DNA from: Candidatus Marinacidobacterales bacterium
GTDB lineage: Bacteria > Acidobacteriota > Vicinamibacteria > Marinacidobacterales > DATDRI01
NCBI GenBank assembly: GCA_965219415.1
Contig: CBDCNP010000002.1
Location: 4,000,001 to 4,064,000, forward strand
Length of the DNA stretch: 64,000 nucleotides
Direction of reading: 5' to 3'
Shown here: piece after piece, positions 28,561 through 37,608 of the stretch
Layout of the letters: each line of letters opens with the position of its first letter
Numbering within the stretch: position 1 is the first letter of the stretch
Made by a program: the position numbers and the translations under genes
The notes under the pieces: model-generated
The model's database searches: none
What the model saw: the letters and a program-made list of their open reading frames with translations, nothing else
Told to the model about the DNA's origin: nothing

Positions 28561-29132
28561 CACGCGTCTATCCCCGGACACCGCTTCGACGTAAGGCTCC
28601 GGGACCACCTCGACAGCCCGATCCGTCGTACCTACAATGACTGGAATCGCAGGCAAGGATGGGCGGTGTATCTCGAGGAGATGTTCGTACTGGCCGGTCT
28701 CACCGATGACAACCCTCGCGCCGCCGAGCTCTTCTACGCTGCCCTCATGAAACGGGCAAGCCGGATCTTCGCAGAGACGAAAATGCACAGCGGCGAGTTC
28801 ACGCTGGCCGAGGCCAATCAGTTGATGATTGACTCCGTTCCCTTCATGGAAGAGGACCTAGGGCGTTACGACCTGGAGGGTTATCTACGCCGCCCCGGCG
28901 GGGGGAGCAGCTACCAGATTGGGAAAATACAAGTCGAGCAATTAATGTTCGATCGGGCAAGGCAGCTGGGAGATGAGTTCAATCTGAAGGCCTTCCATGA
29001 CGAATTTCTGTCTAAGGGCATCATCCCGGTAACCTTGATTCGCTGGGAAATGACCGGTTTGGACGATGAGGTAAAGCCGCTGTGGGCAGAAGCGGTTGGG
29101 CCGCAACCGTCAGAAGATTAGGCTCCAACTAG
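28561..29132 (+). pseudogene. Duplicated 3' fragment of the DUF885 gene (repeat copy 2)
   Basis: Near-identical to 26153..26724. Lacks the first ~378 codons and any credible start. Confidence 0.9.
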
Positions 29133-29167
29133 GCTTGAGAATAATTCTATGACCGAGGGAGGTCATC

Positions 29168-30910
29168 ATGATTCGTATAGCGAAACCAATCATATTGACA
29201 CTAGGTATTGGGATCTGTGTTGGATGTGGTGAAGTAGGAGAAGATACTTCCGCGCAACAGGCGGGGTCGGATCTAATCATCCACAACGGGAAAATCGTGA
29301 CGGTGGACGAAAACTTCTCGATCGCTGAGGCAGTAGCTATAAAGGATGGTGTGTTCGTTGCCGTTGGAACCGACTCCGAAGTGCTCGCCATGGCTGGTCC
29401 GGAAACACGGCAGGTGGATCTAGAGGGTAGGACGATGCTGCCTGGGTTCAACGACACGCACAGTCATGTGGTGAAGATGGGCCTCAACCTCCCCGCGTCG
29501 ATCGATCTCACCTCGGTGGAGTCCATAGCCGACATTGGGGAGGTCGTTGCCGAGCGCGTGGCGAAGTCGGAGCCCGGCGAGTGGATCTTTAGTGAGGGTG
29601 GCTGGTGGCAGTTCATGCTGGCCGAGGGGCGTTTGCCGAACCGCCACGACCTTGACCCGGTATCGCCGGACAATCCGGTCGTCCTACGAGGGGGGCACTA
29701 CTGGATTGTCAATAGCTTGGCGCTGAAGCGTCTCGGCTACACGAAAGAGACACCGGATCCTCCGGGGGGAGAGATCTGGAAGGACGAGGACGGCGAGCCC
29801 ACCGGGTTTCTGCTGAAAGCTGCGCGCGACCCCTTGCGCCAATACGTCCCCAAGCTGACCCGCGAGCAGCAACTCGACGGCATTCGTCAGGCGCTTAGGC
29901 GTGTCAACAGCTGGGGGATGACGAGCTTTCGGGAGGCCGGGGGCACCATTGAGCAAGTCGAGTTGTTGCGGGAGCTGCATGACAACGGCGAGCTGACCGC
30001 CCGGGTGGATTGGTGCTACGACGTCGACCCAAACACGCCCGAAGCAGAGCTCGACGCTCTTTTCGAGGCGCTCGGCCCCCCCGGCCAGGAATGGGGTGAC
30101 GGGATGTTTCGGGCCGATGGTCTTGCTGAGATAGGCTTGGATGGCGCTGAGGAGTCAGCGTTTCTACGCAGTGCATACAAAGGCCGTCCTGACTTTTTTG
30201 GGGTGCAGGTCGTTTCTCAGGAACAGTTCAACCTGTTCGCGGCCGCGGCGGCTCGCCATGGCTGGCGTCCGGGCCCGCATGTGGTGGGCGATGCCGCTAT
30301 CGACCTAGCGCTCGATGCGTTTGAATACGCGAATGCCCAAACGTCTATTATCGGTAAGCGTTGGATGCTCGATCACGGCATACTGCTGCTGCCGGACCAT
30401 TATGACCGGGTCAAACAGCTCGAGTTGATCGTGAACGCGCAGCCCAGACACAACTACATTATCGGAGATAAGTTCACCGAGTTCTGGGGTAAGCAGCGAG
30501 CTGACATGTCCTATCGCTTCAGGGATTGGATTGATAACGGCATCATGGTCGCTCTCGGAGCGGACAGGCCCATTTCTGTTCGTTCAACCCCTTTGATGCA
30601 GATCGATATAGCGGTTACCCGGCAGACAGGCTGGGGGGGCGTCCTTGGCGCGGACCAAGGGATCTCCCGCGAGGAGGCTATCCGGGCGATAACGCACGCA
30701 TCGGCTTACACCTCTTTCGAGGAGGACAAGAAGGGCACGATCGAGCCGGGTAAGTACGCGGATCTTGTGCTCTTGGCGGAGGACATTCTCACCGTTCCGG
30801 CCGAGGATATCAACGACATTGAGGTTTTGGCGACGGTGCTTGCTGGAGAAACGGTCTACGGGTCGCTCACCGAGGAAAGCAAAAGCACACGAACAAGCAG
30901 TCTAAGGTGA
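29168..30910 (+). CDS. YtcJ-like amidohydrolase (Amidohydro_3), probable lipoprotein
   Basis: GGAGG RBS; lipobox-like CVGC; PGFNDTHSH, HVVGD, LDHG, GAD, KGTIEPGKYADLV. Confidence 0.9.
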   Translation: MIRIAKPIILTLGIGICVGCGEVGEDTSAQQAGSDLIIHNGKIVTVDENFSIAEAVAIKDGVFVAVGTDSEVLAMAGPETRQVDLEGRTMLPGFNDTHSHVVKMGLNLPASIDLTSVESIADIGEVVAERVAKSEPGEWIFSEGGWWQFMLAEGRLPNRHDLDPVSPDNPVVLRGGHYWIVNSLALKRLGYTKETPDPPGGEIWKDEDGEPTGFLLKAARDPLRQYVPKLTREQQLDGIRQALRRVNSWGMTSFREAGGTIEQVELLRELHDNGELTARVDWCYDVDPNTPEAELDALFEALGPPGQEWGDGMFRADGLAEIGLDGAEESAFLRSAYKGRPDFFGVQVVSQEQFNLFAAAAARHGWRPGPHVVGDAAIDLALDAFEYANAQTSIIGKRWMLDHGILLLPDHYDRVKQLELIVNAQPRHNYIIGDKFTEFWGKQRADMSYRFRDWIDNGIMVALGADRPISVRSTPLMQIDIAVTRQTGWGGVLGADQGISREEAIRAITHASAYTSFEEDKKGTIEPGKYADLVLLAEDILTVPAEDINDIEVLATVLAGETVYGSLTEESKSTRTSSLR

Positions 30911-30977
30911 CCATGCTCGACTGCTAAATGCGTGCTGGCGCTTCGACGCTGACAGCCGTTTCGCCTAACTCTTTCGA

Positions 30978-32801
30978 TCACCTGCTGCCGAGGGTTTCTC
31001 CCAGGCGCACGAGCTCTCTGTTGTCCGGCCATCTCCCGAGCCCTTCCTCGAGAACCCGGCGTGCTTCGCGTCCCTCGCCAGACTGTGCGTAAGCGCGGAC
31101 GACTCTGACACAGATTTCGGGCGAGGGAGCAAGCTCGAACGCTTTTCGCAGAACCTGGACGGCTTCCCGGTGTCGCCCCACTTGATTGAGGGCGGTGCCC
31201 AAATTGACGTAAGCGTTCACGAGCTCGGGCGCATGGGATATGGCGGCCTCAAAGGACATAATGGCTGCGGACAAGTTACCGGAGCGGGCCTCCAGAGTGC
31301 CCAGGTTATTGTGGGCCTCGGCGAAGTAGGGGCGTAGCTCGAGGGCGCGACGATACGCGTCTCGTGCCTTGGACTGCTGCCCGAGCGCCGCCGAAACGTA
31401 ACCGAGATTGTTATAGGTGTCCGCCAAACGCGGGTTCAAGGCGACCGCTTCCTCGAACGCCCGTCCCGCCTCGTTCCATCTTTGTTGGTTGAGCATCACC
31501 GTCCCGAGGTTGTAATGTACCTGAGCCGCCGACTGACCCTTATCGATGGCCCGTCGATAAAGCGTCTCCGCGTGACTCCAATAACCCCGCTCCGCGAACG
31601 CGTTTCCAAGCGCAAAATCGTTCCGCAAGAACTCACCCACCAAATTGATGCCGTCGAAAGGGAGACCAAGACGCTTCCGCTCTTCGGCAGTCCGCGGGAT
31701 CCGTCGCGAGTCGGCCACAACTTCATCGACCCCGACCGCGCCGCGGTAGGCTTTGACGATCCTTCCTCGCGCGTCGATAAGAAAGCTCATTGGAACGCCC
31801 AAGTTCGAAATGCGGTCGTGAAGATTGGAGGCCAGAACCTTATAGACCCCTACCATCTCTTCATTGGCCAAGAGCAGCGGGAAGTCGAGACCGAGCTCCG
31901 CCTGGAACGCGCGCACCGCTTGCTCCGCCGGTGGCTCATCTACAGAAACCGCCATCAGGGTAACGCCCGAGGCATCGAGCTCCGCTCTCTTGGCCTTGAA
32001 ATCGAGGAGCTCGCCGCGGCAAGGGGGACACCAGCTCGCCCAGAAGTTCAGCAACACTTTCCTTCCCTCGAGACTGGAAAGCCGGTGGGAGTTGCCGTCC
32101 AGATCCCCCAACGTGAAATCAGGGGCAGGTAAAGGATCCAGAAGCCATGTTCCACGACGGGAGGGGGGTGCGGCTCTCTCGGCTTTCGGAACCGGTGTGG
32201 CACGGGATGACTGGAAAGGCTCTCGTTTGAACTTCTCTTCCCCTTCGATCACGTATACCACGTGATTCGATGGGACGGACCGTAACGTTTGCACGAGCCC
32301 GTTCGTCCACCGTATGACGACTTTCTCTAGCTTTCCCAAGCCTTCGAGGCCAAAGTGCAAAGACCGGCTACTTTGGGATAAGTAGCCGCTCGCCACGCGT
32401 ACGGTCTTCTGTCGGACGCCGCCGCTCGCATGCACCTCGACGCGCGTGCCGATAGCATCACGGTTGCTCGAGCGACCCTCCAAGACGAACCTAACAGCGG
32501 CCCGCCCGTTTGCCAGGTCGTTCCGCAGAAGCCGTAGCTGAGGCGCGTTTCGGTTTTTGAGTGCAACATCGATGTCACCATCCAGGTCATAGTCGAATGC
32601 GACGAACGCTCGCCCGTCTTGGGGAAAGTCGAGCCCGCTGATACCTGAGGCGTCGATGAAGGTGCCATCACCGTTGTTCAAGTAGAAACGGTTCCGCTCG
32701 TGTCCGCTCCAGCTTCCGTCGCCACGGATGAGTCGATCGATCGCGCTCCAGCTTCGCTCGTAAAGCTCCACCGCTTTCCTGTCAGGGGGTGAGCGCGACA
32801 C
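30978..32801 (-). CDS. ASPIC/UnbV + TlpA-like redoxin (WCPPC) + TPR protein; probably the C-terminal half of a UGA-readthrough protein starting at 34643
   Basis: SWSGHERN, SNRDAIGTRV..SGYLSQ..LHFGL (ASPIC/UnbV), NFWASWCPPC, several YNLG/NNLG TPRs. The GTG at 32801 has no RBS and is in frame with the upstream ORF. Confidence 0.85.
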   Translation of the reverse strand: MSRSPPDRKAVELYERSWSAIDRLIRGDGSWSGHERNRFYLNNGDGTFIDASGISGLDFPQDGRAFVAFDYDLDGDIDVALKNRNAPQLRLLRNDLANGRAAVRFVLEGRSSNRDAIGTRVEVHASGGVRQKTVRVASGYLSQSSRSLHFGLEGLGKLEKVVIRWTNGLVQTLRSVPSNHVVYVIEGEEKFKREPFQSSRATPVPKAERAAPPSRRGTWLLDPLPAPDFTLGDLDGNSHRLSSLEGRKVLLNFWASWCPPCRGELLDFKAKRAELDASGVTLMAVSVDEPPAEQAVRAFQAELGLDFPLLLANEEMVGVYKVLASNLHDRISNLGVPMSFLIDARGRIVKAYRGAVGVDEVVADSRRIPRTAEERKRLGLPFDGINLVGEFLRNDFALGNAFAERGYWSHAETLYRRAIDKGQSAAQVHYNLGTVMLNQQRWNEAGRAFEEAVALNPRLADTYNNLGYVSAALGQQSKARDAYRRALELRPYFAEAHNNLGTLEARSGNLSAAIMSFEAAISHAPELVNAYVNLGTALNQVGRHREAVQVLRKAFELAPSPEICVRVVRAYAQSGEGREARRVLEEGLGRWPDNRELVRLGETLGSR

Positions 32802-32825
32802 GACCTGCCGCCAAAAGAAACTTCA
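32790..32825 (-). other. In-frame UGA plus candidate bacterial SECIS element
   Basis: mRNA reads UGA-AGUUUCUUUUG-GCGGCA-GGUCG-UGUCGC-GCUCA: a 6-bp stem starting 11 nt after the UGA, with an apical loop beginning GG. Confidence 0.65.
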
Positions 32826-34643
32826 AAGATCCTTCGTTGAGGCATTAGTAATGTAGCCGTTGACGGTATAGAGATCGTCATTCCCGTCGTTGTCGCAATC
32901 GAAAAAATCGCTGCTCCAGGCCCATCGCCCGAACTCGACTCCTGCCTCCTCACCGACCTCTTCGAACCTTGCTCCCCCTAGGTTGCGAAAGAGACTGTTT
33001 CCCTTGGCGTGCCGCCGGTAGCTGGCCCGTGCCTCGCCGGCGTGGTAACCGCGCTGCGCGGTGAGGCGCAGACCGGCAGAGGACCACATGTTGCCTACAT
33101 AGAGATCGTCTTTGCCATCGAGATCGTAGTCCGTCCAGGCCACACTCATGCCGGCCCCGATGTCCTCCACCCCCGCCTCTCGGCTAATCTCGATGAAAGT
33201 GCCGCCAAGGTTCCGATACAGATTGTTACGGCCGAAATCGTTCGCCACATAAAGGTCTGGCCATCCGTCGTTGTCGAAATCGCCCCAAGACGAGGAAAGG
33301 CTGAAACGATCGTTGCCGGCCTCTAGACCCGAACCGGTGGTCACGTCTTCGAACGTTCCGTCACCCTCATTCCGGAAAAGGATATTTGGAGGTCCATTGG
33401 TGGCATCATGATACGGGTAAGGCAACGCCAGAGCGGTGTCCTCTCCGGGAGCGTCGACGTATCGGTAGCAGGTAACATAGAGGTCGAGGTCGCCGTCATT
33501 GTCATAGTCTGCCAGTGATGCCGAGCTGAGAGTCGCCTTGACTTCGTCTCTTCTCTCTAACGAAGCGCGAGACGGCTCGAATCTTCCTTGGCCGTCGTTC
33601 AAGAGAAGTACGACATTCCAGTTTTGGATGACGACAAGTAAGTCTTGATCGCCATCACTGTCGATGTCACCGAAGAGCCCCATCGAGGTTCGCTCCAGGA
33701 TGTCGATCCGCGAGGCCTGGCTGATGTCATCGAACGTCCCGTCACCCCGGTTGCGGTAGAGCCGGTTCGGGAGTCCCTGCGCCTGGGCCACGAAAAGATC
33801 CTCGAGTCCATCGTTATCCACATCCCCCACCGCAAGTCCACTGTGCCCGTAGAGATCAACCCCACTGGCGGCGTCCATTCCGGCGCGGAAGTAATCGATA
33901 CCCAGCCGCATCTGTCCCCAGTAGGAGGCTTCCTCGGCCCAGGCGATGCTGCTCACGTCGGTAAAGAAGGGCGCGGCCGAATGGCCGCCGGTGGCGGGTT
34001 CAGGCTTGAGGCGCTTCATTTTCCAGATGCCATCGGCAAGGACCCAGTCGAGTCGCCACCAACCTAAACGAGCAACGATCTCGTTCCGCGCCCCTCGCCC
34101 CACCAGGTCGTACAAGACACGAGTCCGTGCCTGGGCCGGAGCAGCACCTGAGGGAACTCCCACCTCGATGCTCACGATCTTGAACTTGAATGCAGAAAAG
34201 GAATTGAAATCTTGAACCCAAGACAAAAATTCCGAGGGCGCCAGGGCCGCTGCCACCGAAAGCTCATCCTCGTAGCGAAACCGGTAGAGTCGAACGCCGG
34301 GTGGTGCGCCCACCGGTTTGCTCGATACCGGCGTTAGAGACGCTCCCCGGAACTCCGCGTCGACCAGCGAGGCGATCGCTTCTGGGCGATGATCTTGTAA
34401 TGCCGCTTCGAGTAGGTGGAGTCTCTTGTCGAGTGCTTCTGTGACCGCCTCGGTCGCCCACCGGTCCTGTTCCGCATCCACCGCAACGAAGAGGGACTCG
34501 ACTGCAGAAGGCTTAGAGACGTAGCCCCGGAGTGGGAAGACCTGCTGGCCCTCTTCCGATTGTGGGGACCGTTCTGGAGCCAGCGCCGTACGTGGCAGGA
34601 GTAAGAGGGCCAGACATGCTAAACGAGGGAACGACTCGACCAT
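32823..34643 (-). CDS. Exported FG-GAP/VCBS repeat (CRTAC1-like) protein; N-terminal half of a candidate selenoprotein
   Basis: Signal peptide; repeats GDVDNDGLEDLFV, DYDNDGDLDLYV, GDFDNDGWPDLYVAND, NxLYRN. Ends in TKDL-TGA, in frame with SFFWRQVV. Confidence 0.88.
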   Translation of the reverse strand: MVESFPRLACLALLLLPRTALAPERSPQSEEGQQVFPLRGYVSKPSAVESLFVAVDAEQDRWATEAVTEALDKRLHLLEAALQDHRPEAIASLVDAEFRGASLTPVSSKPVGAPPGVRLYRFRYEDELSVAAALAPSEFLSWVQDFNSFSAFKFKIVSIEVGVPSGAAPAQARTRVLYDLVGRGARNEIVARLGWWRLDWVLADGIWKMKRLKPEPATGGHSAAPFFTDVSSIAWAEEASYWGQMRLGIDYFRAGMDAASGVDLYGHSGLAVGDVDNDGLEDLFVAQAQGLPNRLYRNRGDGTFDDISQASRIDILERTSMGLFGDIDSDGDQDLLVVIQNWNVVLLLNDGQGRFEPSRASLERRDEVKATLSSASLADYDNDGDLDLYVTCYRYVDAPGEDTALALPYPYHDATNGPPNILFRNEGDGTFEDVTTGSGLEAGNDRFSLSSSWGDFDNDGWPDLYVANDFGRNNLYRNLGGTFIEISREAGVEDIGAGMSVAWTDYDLDGKDDLYVGNMWSSAGLRLTAQRGYHAGEARASYRRHAKGNSLFRNLGGARFEEVGEEAGVEFGRWAWSSDFFDCDNDGNDDLYTVNGYITNASTKDL

Positions 34644-34714
34644 GATGGAATCTCTTTGCTCCGACCCGAATAGTCGTCAACCAATCGACTCGGTCCGGAC
34701 CGAGTTGCGCTGCG

Positions 34715-36133
34715 TTATTCTTCGGTGGCGCTAGATCCGCCTAGGCGATCCCGGACCACGCGTCCGTCGCTGATGACCATTCTCATGCTCCGAATGTTCT
34801 GAATATCGCTGAGCGGGTTCTCGGCGACGATCAGGACATCCGCGAGCTTTCCTTTCTCGAGCGTGCCCAGCTTGTCGTCCAACCCCAGGATCTCCGCCGC
34901 GGTTTTTGTAGCGCAAGCGAGGACTCCTTCATCGGAGAAGCCGGCGTCCTTCAAGAACCCGAGCTCGGTGAAGTAGTCCGAGGGATACCGCTTCTCGTTC
35001 TCGAACGGGATATCGGTGGCGGCGCCAATCTTGATGCCGGCCTGCCTCGCCTTGCTAACCGCCTCCAAGCTCCGTTCGTGACTCACCTTGAAACGGCGAG
35101 ACCAGGTGTAGAAGAACCCGCCCGGAGGAATACCCGCGGTGGGATATCCGAGAACGGTTGGATTGTAGAAGGCGGTTATCGTGGGAACGAAACCGGTCCC
35201 GTTTTTCGCCATCGCTTGGATGGTGGTATCCGACATATCCAAAGGATGCTCGAGGCTGTCGAGCCCCGCTTCCGCGGCCCATACGATGTAGTCGCCGAAG
35301 GCGTCCGCCATCACAGGAATACCGTGCATGTGCGCCTCATCGATGGCTGCGGCGATTTCTTCTTTCGTGTACGGAGCGCCGATCTTGATCCAGTCGACGT
35401 GTCGGCGGATCTGCTCCCGGACGGCGAGTCGCCAATCCCACGGTCCGGTGGCCACGCGCACGTTGGGGCCTCCTCCGAGCTCGGAGGCACCACCCGCGCC
35501 CCGAGGTTTTCCGGAGGCCGTTCCGGTGAGCTCGTCGCCGTGCCCTGAGCGCGACGTAATGATCTTTCCGCTCCAGAACACTCGTGGACCATCCAGCATT
35601 TGCCGATCGACGGCTTCTTTGAGTTTGAACGCGACATCATTTCGTGTGCCGGCGTCGCGCACCGCGGTGATCCCGCCGTCTAATAGTTGGCCGAGCTTCA
35701 AGACCCCGCGAATGGTCGCCGCGGAGTCGGAGTCGGAGTACATGCCGAAGTCATCGCCGCGTTGCTGCGTGAAGTGGACGTGAAGATCGATGAGCCCCGG
35801 CACGATGTAGAGCCCGCTCGCATCCACGGTGCGGGCGGCGTTTGCCGGGACGCGGACGTTGCGCCCGACGTCCAAGATTCGGTCGCCTTGGATGACCAGC
35901 GTGGCGTTCGCGATGGGAGCCGCGCCGGTACCGTCGATAAGCGTGCCGCCCTTGACCACCAGGATGGGATCGTTGGATCGATCCCGCGGCGGGATCGGTA
36001 CTCGTCGGAGGTCATCGGTGGTGTCCAGCCCCTCGAGGCTCTGGGCACCATATTGTGCGGTGACGATTCCGACGCTGCCGAGCGTGACAGCGAGAATGGC
36101 CGCCAGGATTCGTGTCGATGAAGACCCTTTCAT
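34715..36133 (-). CDS. Exported prolidase-like amidohydrolase (His to Asp subtype)
   Basis: Signal peptide; DDLRRVPIPP, DLHVH, WIKI, VMADA, LEHP, ATD. Close paralog of the genes at 8091 and 44061. Confidence 0.9.
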   Translation of the reverse strand: MKGSSSTRILAAILAVTLGSVGIVTAQYGAQSLEGLDTTDDLRRVPIPPRDRSNDPILVVKGGTLIDGTGAAPIANATLVIQGDRILDVGRNVRVPANAARTVDASGLYIVPGLIDLHVHFTQQRGDDFGMYSDSDSAATIRGVLKLGQLLDGGITAVRDAGTRNDVAFKLKEAVDRQMLDGPRVFWSGKIITSRSGHGDELTGTASGKPRGAGGASELGGGPNVRVATGPWDWRLAVREQIRRHVDWIKIGAPYTKEEIAAAIDEAHMHGIPVMADAFGDYIVWAAEAGLDSLEHPLDMSDTTIQAMAKNGTGFVPTITAFYNPTVLGYPTAGIPPGGFFYTWSRRFKVSHERSLEAVSKARQAGIKIGAATDIPFENEKRYPSDYFTELGFLKDAGFSDEGVLACATKTAAEILGLDDKLGTLEKGKLADVLIVAENPLSDIQNIRSMRMVISDGRVVRDRLGGSSATEE

Positions 36134-36242
36134 TTGGTCTGCTCCTTTCCCCGCATTCCGTGTCTGGGGGCGGCTATAGTGTCAAAGACAGATCTCGGTT
36201 GCAAGGTGCCTCCAAACCCAACTCTCACAGGGGGTTCGTCGT

Positions 36243-36272
36243 TTGACACCCCACGCCCGTTTCTGTATACAG
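36243..36272 (+). promoter_or_regulatory. Putative sigma70 promoter with overlapping palindrome CTGTATACAG
   Basis: TTGACA-17 bp-TATACA upstream of the 36316..46647 gene run. Palindrome at 36263-36272. Confidence 0.5.
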
Positions 36273-36315
36273 TCGACCCGCCCACTCGGGAATCAATTTC
36301 AAAGGGGCTTATCCA

Positions 36316-37608
36316 ATGCAATCTTCTCTTAGGGTCTCAACCTTCGCGCTATCGGCCTTGGCGCTTGGCTTCGCACAGTGGAGCTGGGCACAGTCCGAAG
36401 AAACGATCGCCATCGTCGGTGGCAAGGTCATCGACGGTACTTCCGGGGCCTCTATCGCGAACGGCGTGGTGATCGTCGAGGGCAACACCATCCGTGCCGT
36501 CGGCTCTCGCTCCGACGTCTCGATTCCACCGGGGGCTCGCACTATCGATGCTAGTGGCAATAGCGTGCTTCCCGGGTTGACCGATCTTCACACTCACTCG
36601 GCCCACTACACGATCTCGGTGAACTGGGAGACCGACTCGATGGCGGCGCTCCGTGCTGCCGGAATCCTGCGGCAAGCACTCGACTCCGGGATCACCTTGG
36701 TGCGCGATGCCGGAGCTCGCAACTTGACGGCCATCGCCTTGAAGCGATCGATCGAGCAAGGCTACATCGAGGGTCCACGTTTCGTTATTTGCAACCAGAT
36801 CGTTAGCGCCACCGGCGGGCACGGCAGCGAAGGCGATCGGATGGAGAAGCCGAAGTGGGTCTTGGAGTCGGACTCGCCCTACGAGTGGAGAAAGAACATT
36901 CGCCAGAATTTCAAGATGGGCGCCGATTACGTCAAGGTGACCTTTCCGTTCACCGCGGAGGAGATCCAATTGGCCGCGGATGAGGCCCACAACTTCGGCG
37001 CTCTCATCGCGGTGGATGCCCTGGGTCCGCCGTACCCGGGCATGATGATGGTCGAGTGGGCGGTCCGTGCGGGTGCCGACACCATCGAGCATTTGCCGGG
37101 CATGAAGAACCAAGCCGAAGTGATCGCCTTGATGAAGGAGCAAGGGACGATTGTCGTACCGACGCTCCACGCGATGAGGCGGTTTGCGGGCGAGCGTTGG
37201 GACGCGCCGACCGAGAGGGAGGTTCGCAACCTGAGGCGACCCACGGACTACGAGGCTCGATTCCGCGCCATGCACGCCGCGGGCATCCCGATGGCGATCG
37301 GCACCGACACCGGAGGAAAGGATCAGGGAGAGATCGGTTTGTTCTACACCGAAGAGATCAAACGGTGGATGGGGTGGGGCTACTCCGCGGCGGAGATTAT
37401 CCAAGCCGCCACACGGATTGGAGCGGAAGCCGCGGGTTTGGATGATCACCTCGGAACACTCGAGGCGGGGAAGTGGGCGGACATTATTGTTGTCCCCGGC
37501 GACGCTCTCGAAGATCCCACCCGTTTGCCGCGACCCATACTAGTGATGAAAGACGGTGAAGTCGTTCGAGACCGAATGGAGACACGCGGCATGGGAGGAA
37601 CCCAATGA
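36316..37608 (+). CDS. Exported prolidase-like amidohydrolase (His to Asp subtype)
   Basis: Signal peptide; DLHTH, YVKV, IAVDA, IEHL, GTD, GTLEAGKWAD. Confidence 0.9.
   Translation: MQSSLRVSTFALSALALGFAQWSWAQSEETIAIVGGKVIDGTSGASIANGVVIVEGNTIRAVGSRSDVSIPPGARTIDASGNSVLPGLTDLHTHSAHYTISVNWETDSMAALRAAGILRQALDSGITLVRDAGARNLTAIALKRSIEQGYIEGPRFVICNQIVSATGGHGSEGDRMEKPKWVLESDSPYEWRKNIRQNFKMGADYVKVTFPFTAEEIQLAADEAHNFGALIAVDALGPPYPGMMMVEWAVRAGADTIEHLPGMKNQAEVIALMKEQGTIVVPTLHAMRRFAGERWDAPTEREVRNLRRPTDYEARFRAMHAAGIPMAIGTDTGGKDQGEIGLFYTEEIKRWMGWGYSAAEIIQAATRIGAEAAGLDDHLGTLEAGKWADIIVVPGDALEDPTRLPRPILVMKDGEVVRDRMETRGMGGTQ

Noticed and set aside
28468-29121. 217-aa ORF as an independent gene
   Set aside because: A chance TTG start fused to the duplicated DUF885 fragment.
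26153-29132. Repeat pair as a diversity-generating retroelement TR/VR
   Set aside because: Only one C/T difference, no adenine-specific variation, too long for TR/VR, and no reverse transcriptase in the window.
34688-34705. 18-bp palindrome ACTCGGTCCGGACCGAGT as a terminator
   Set aside because: The palindrome is real but has no U-tract and no second copy, so no function can be supported.
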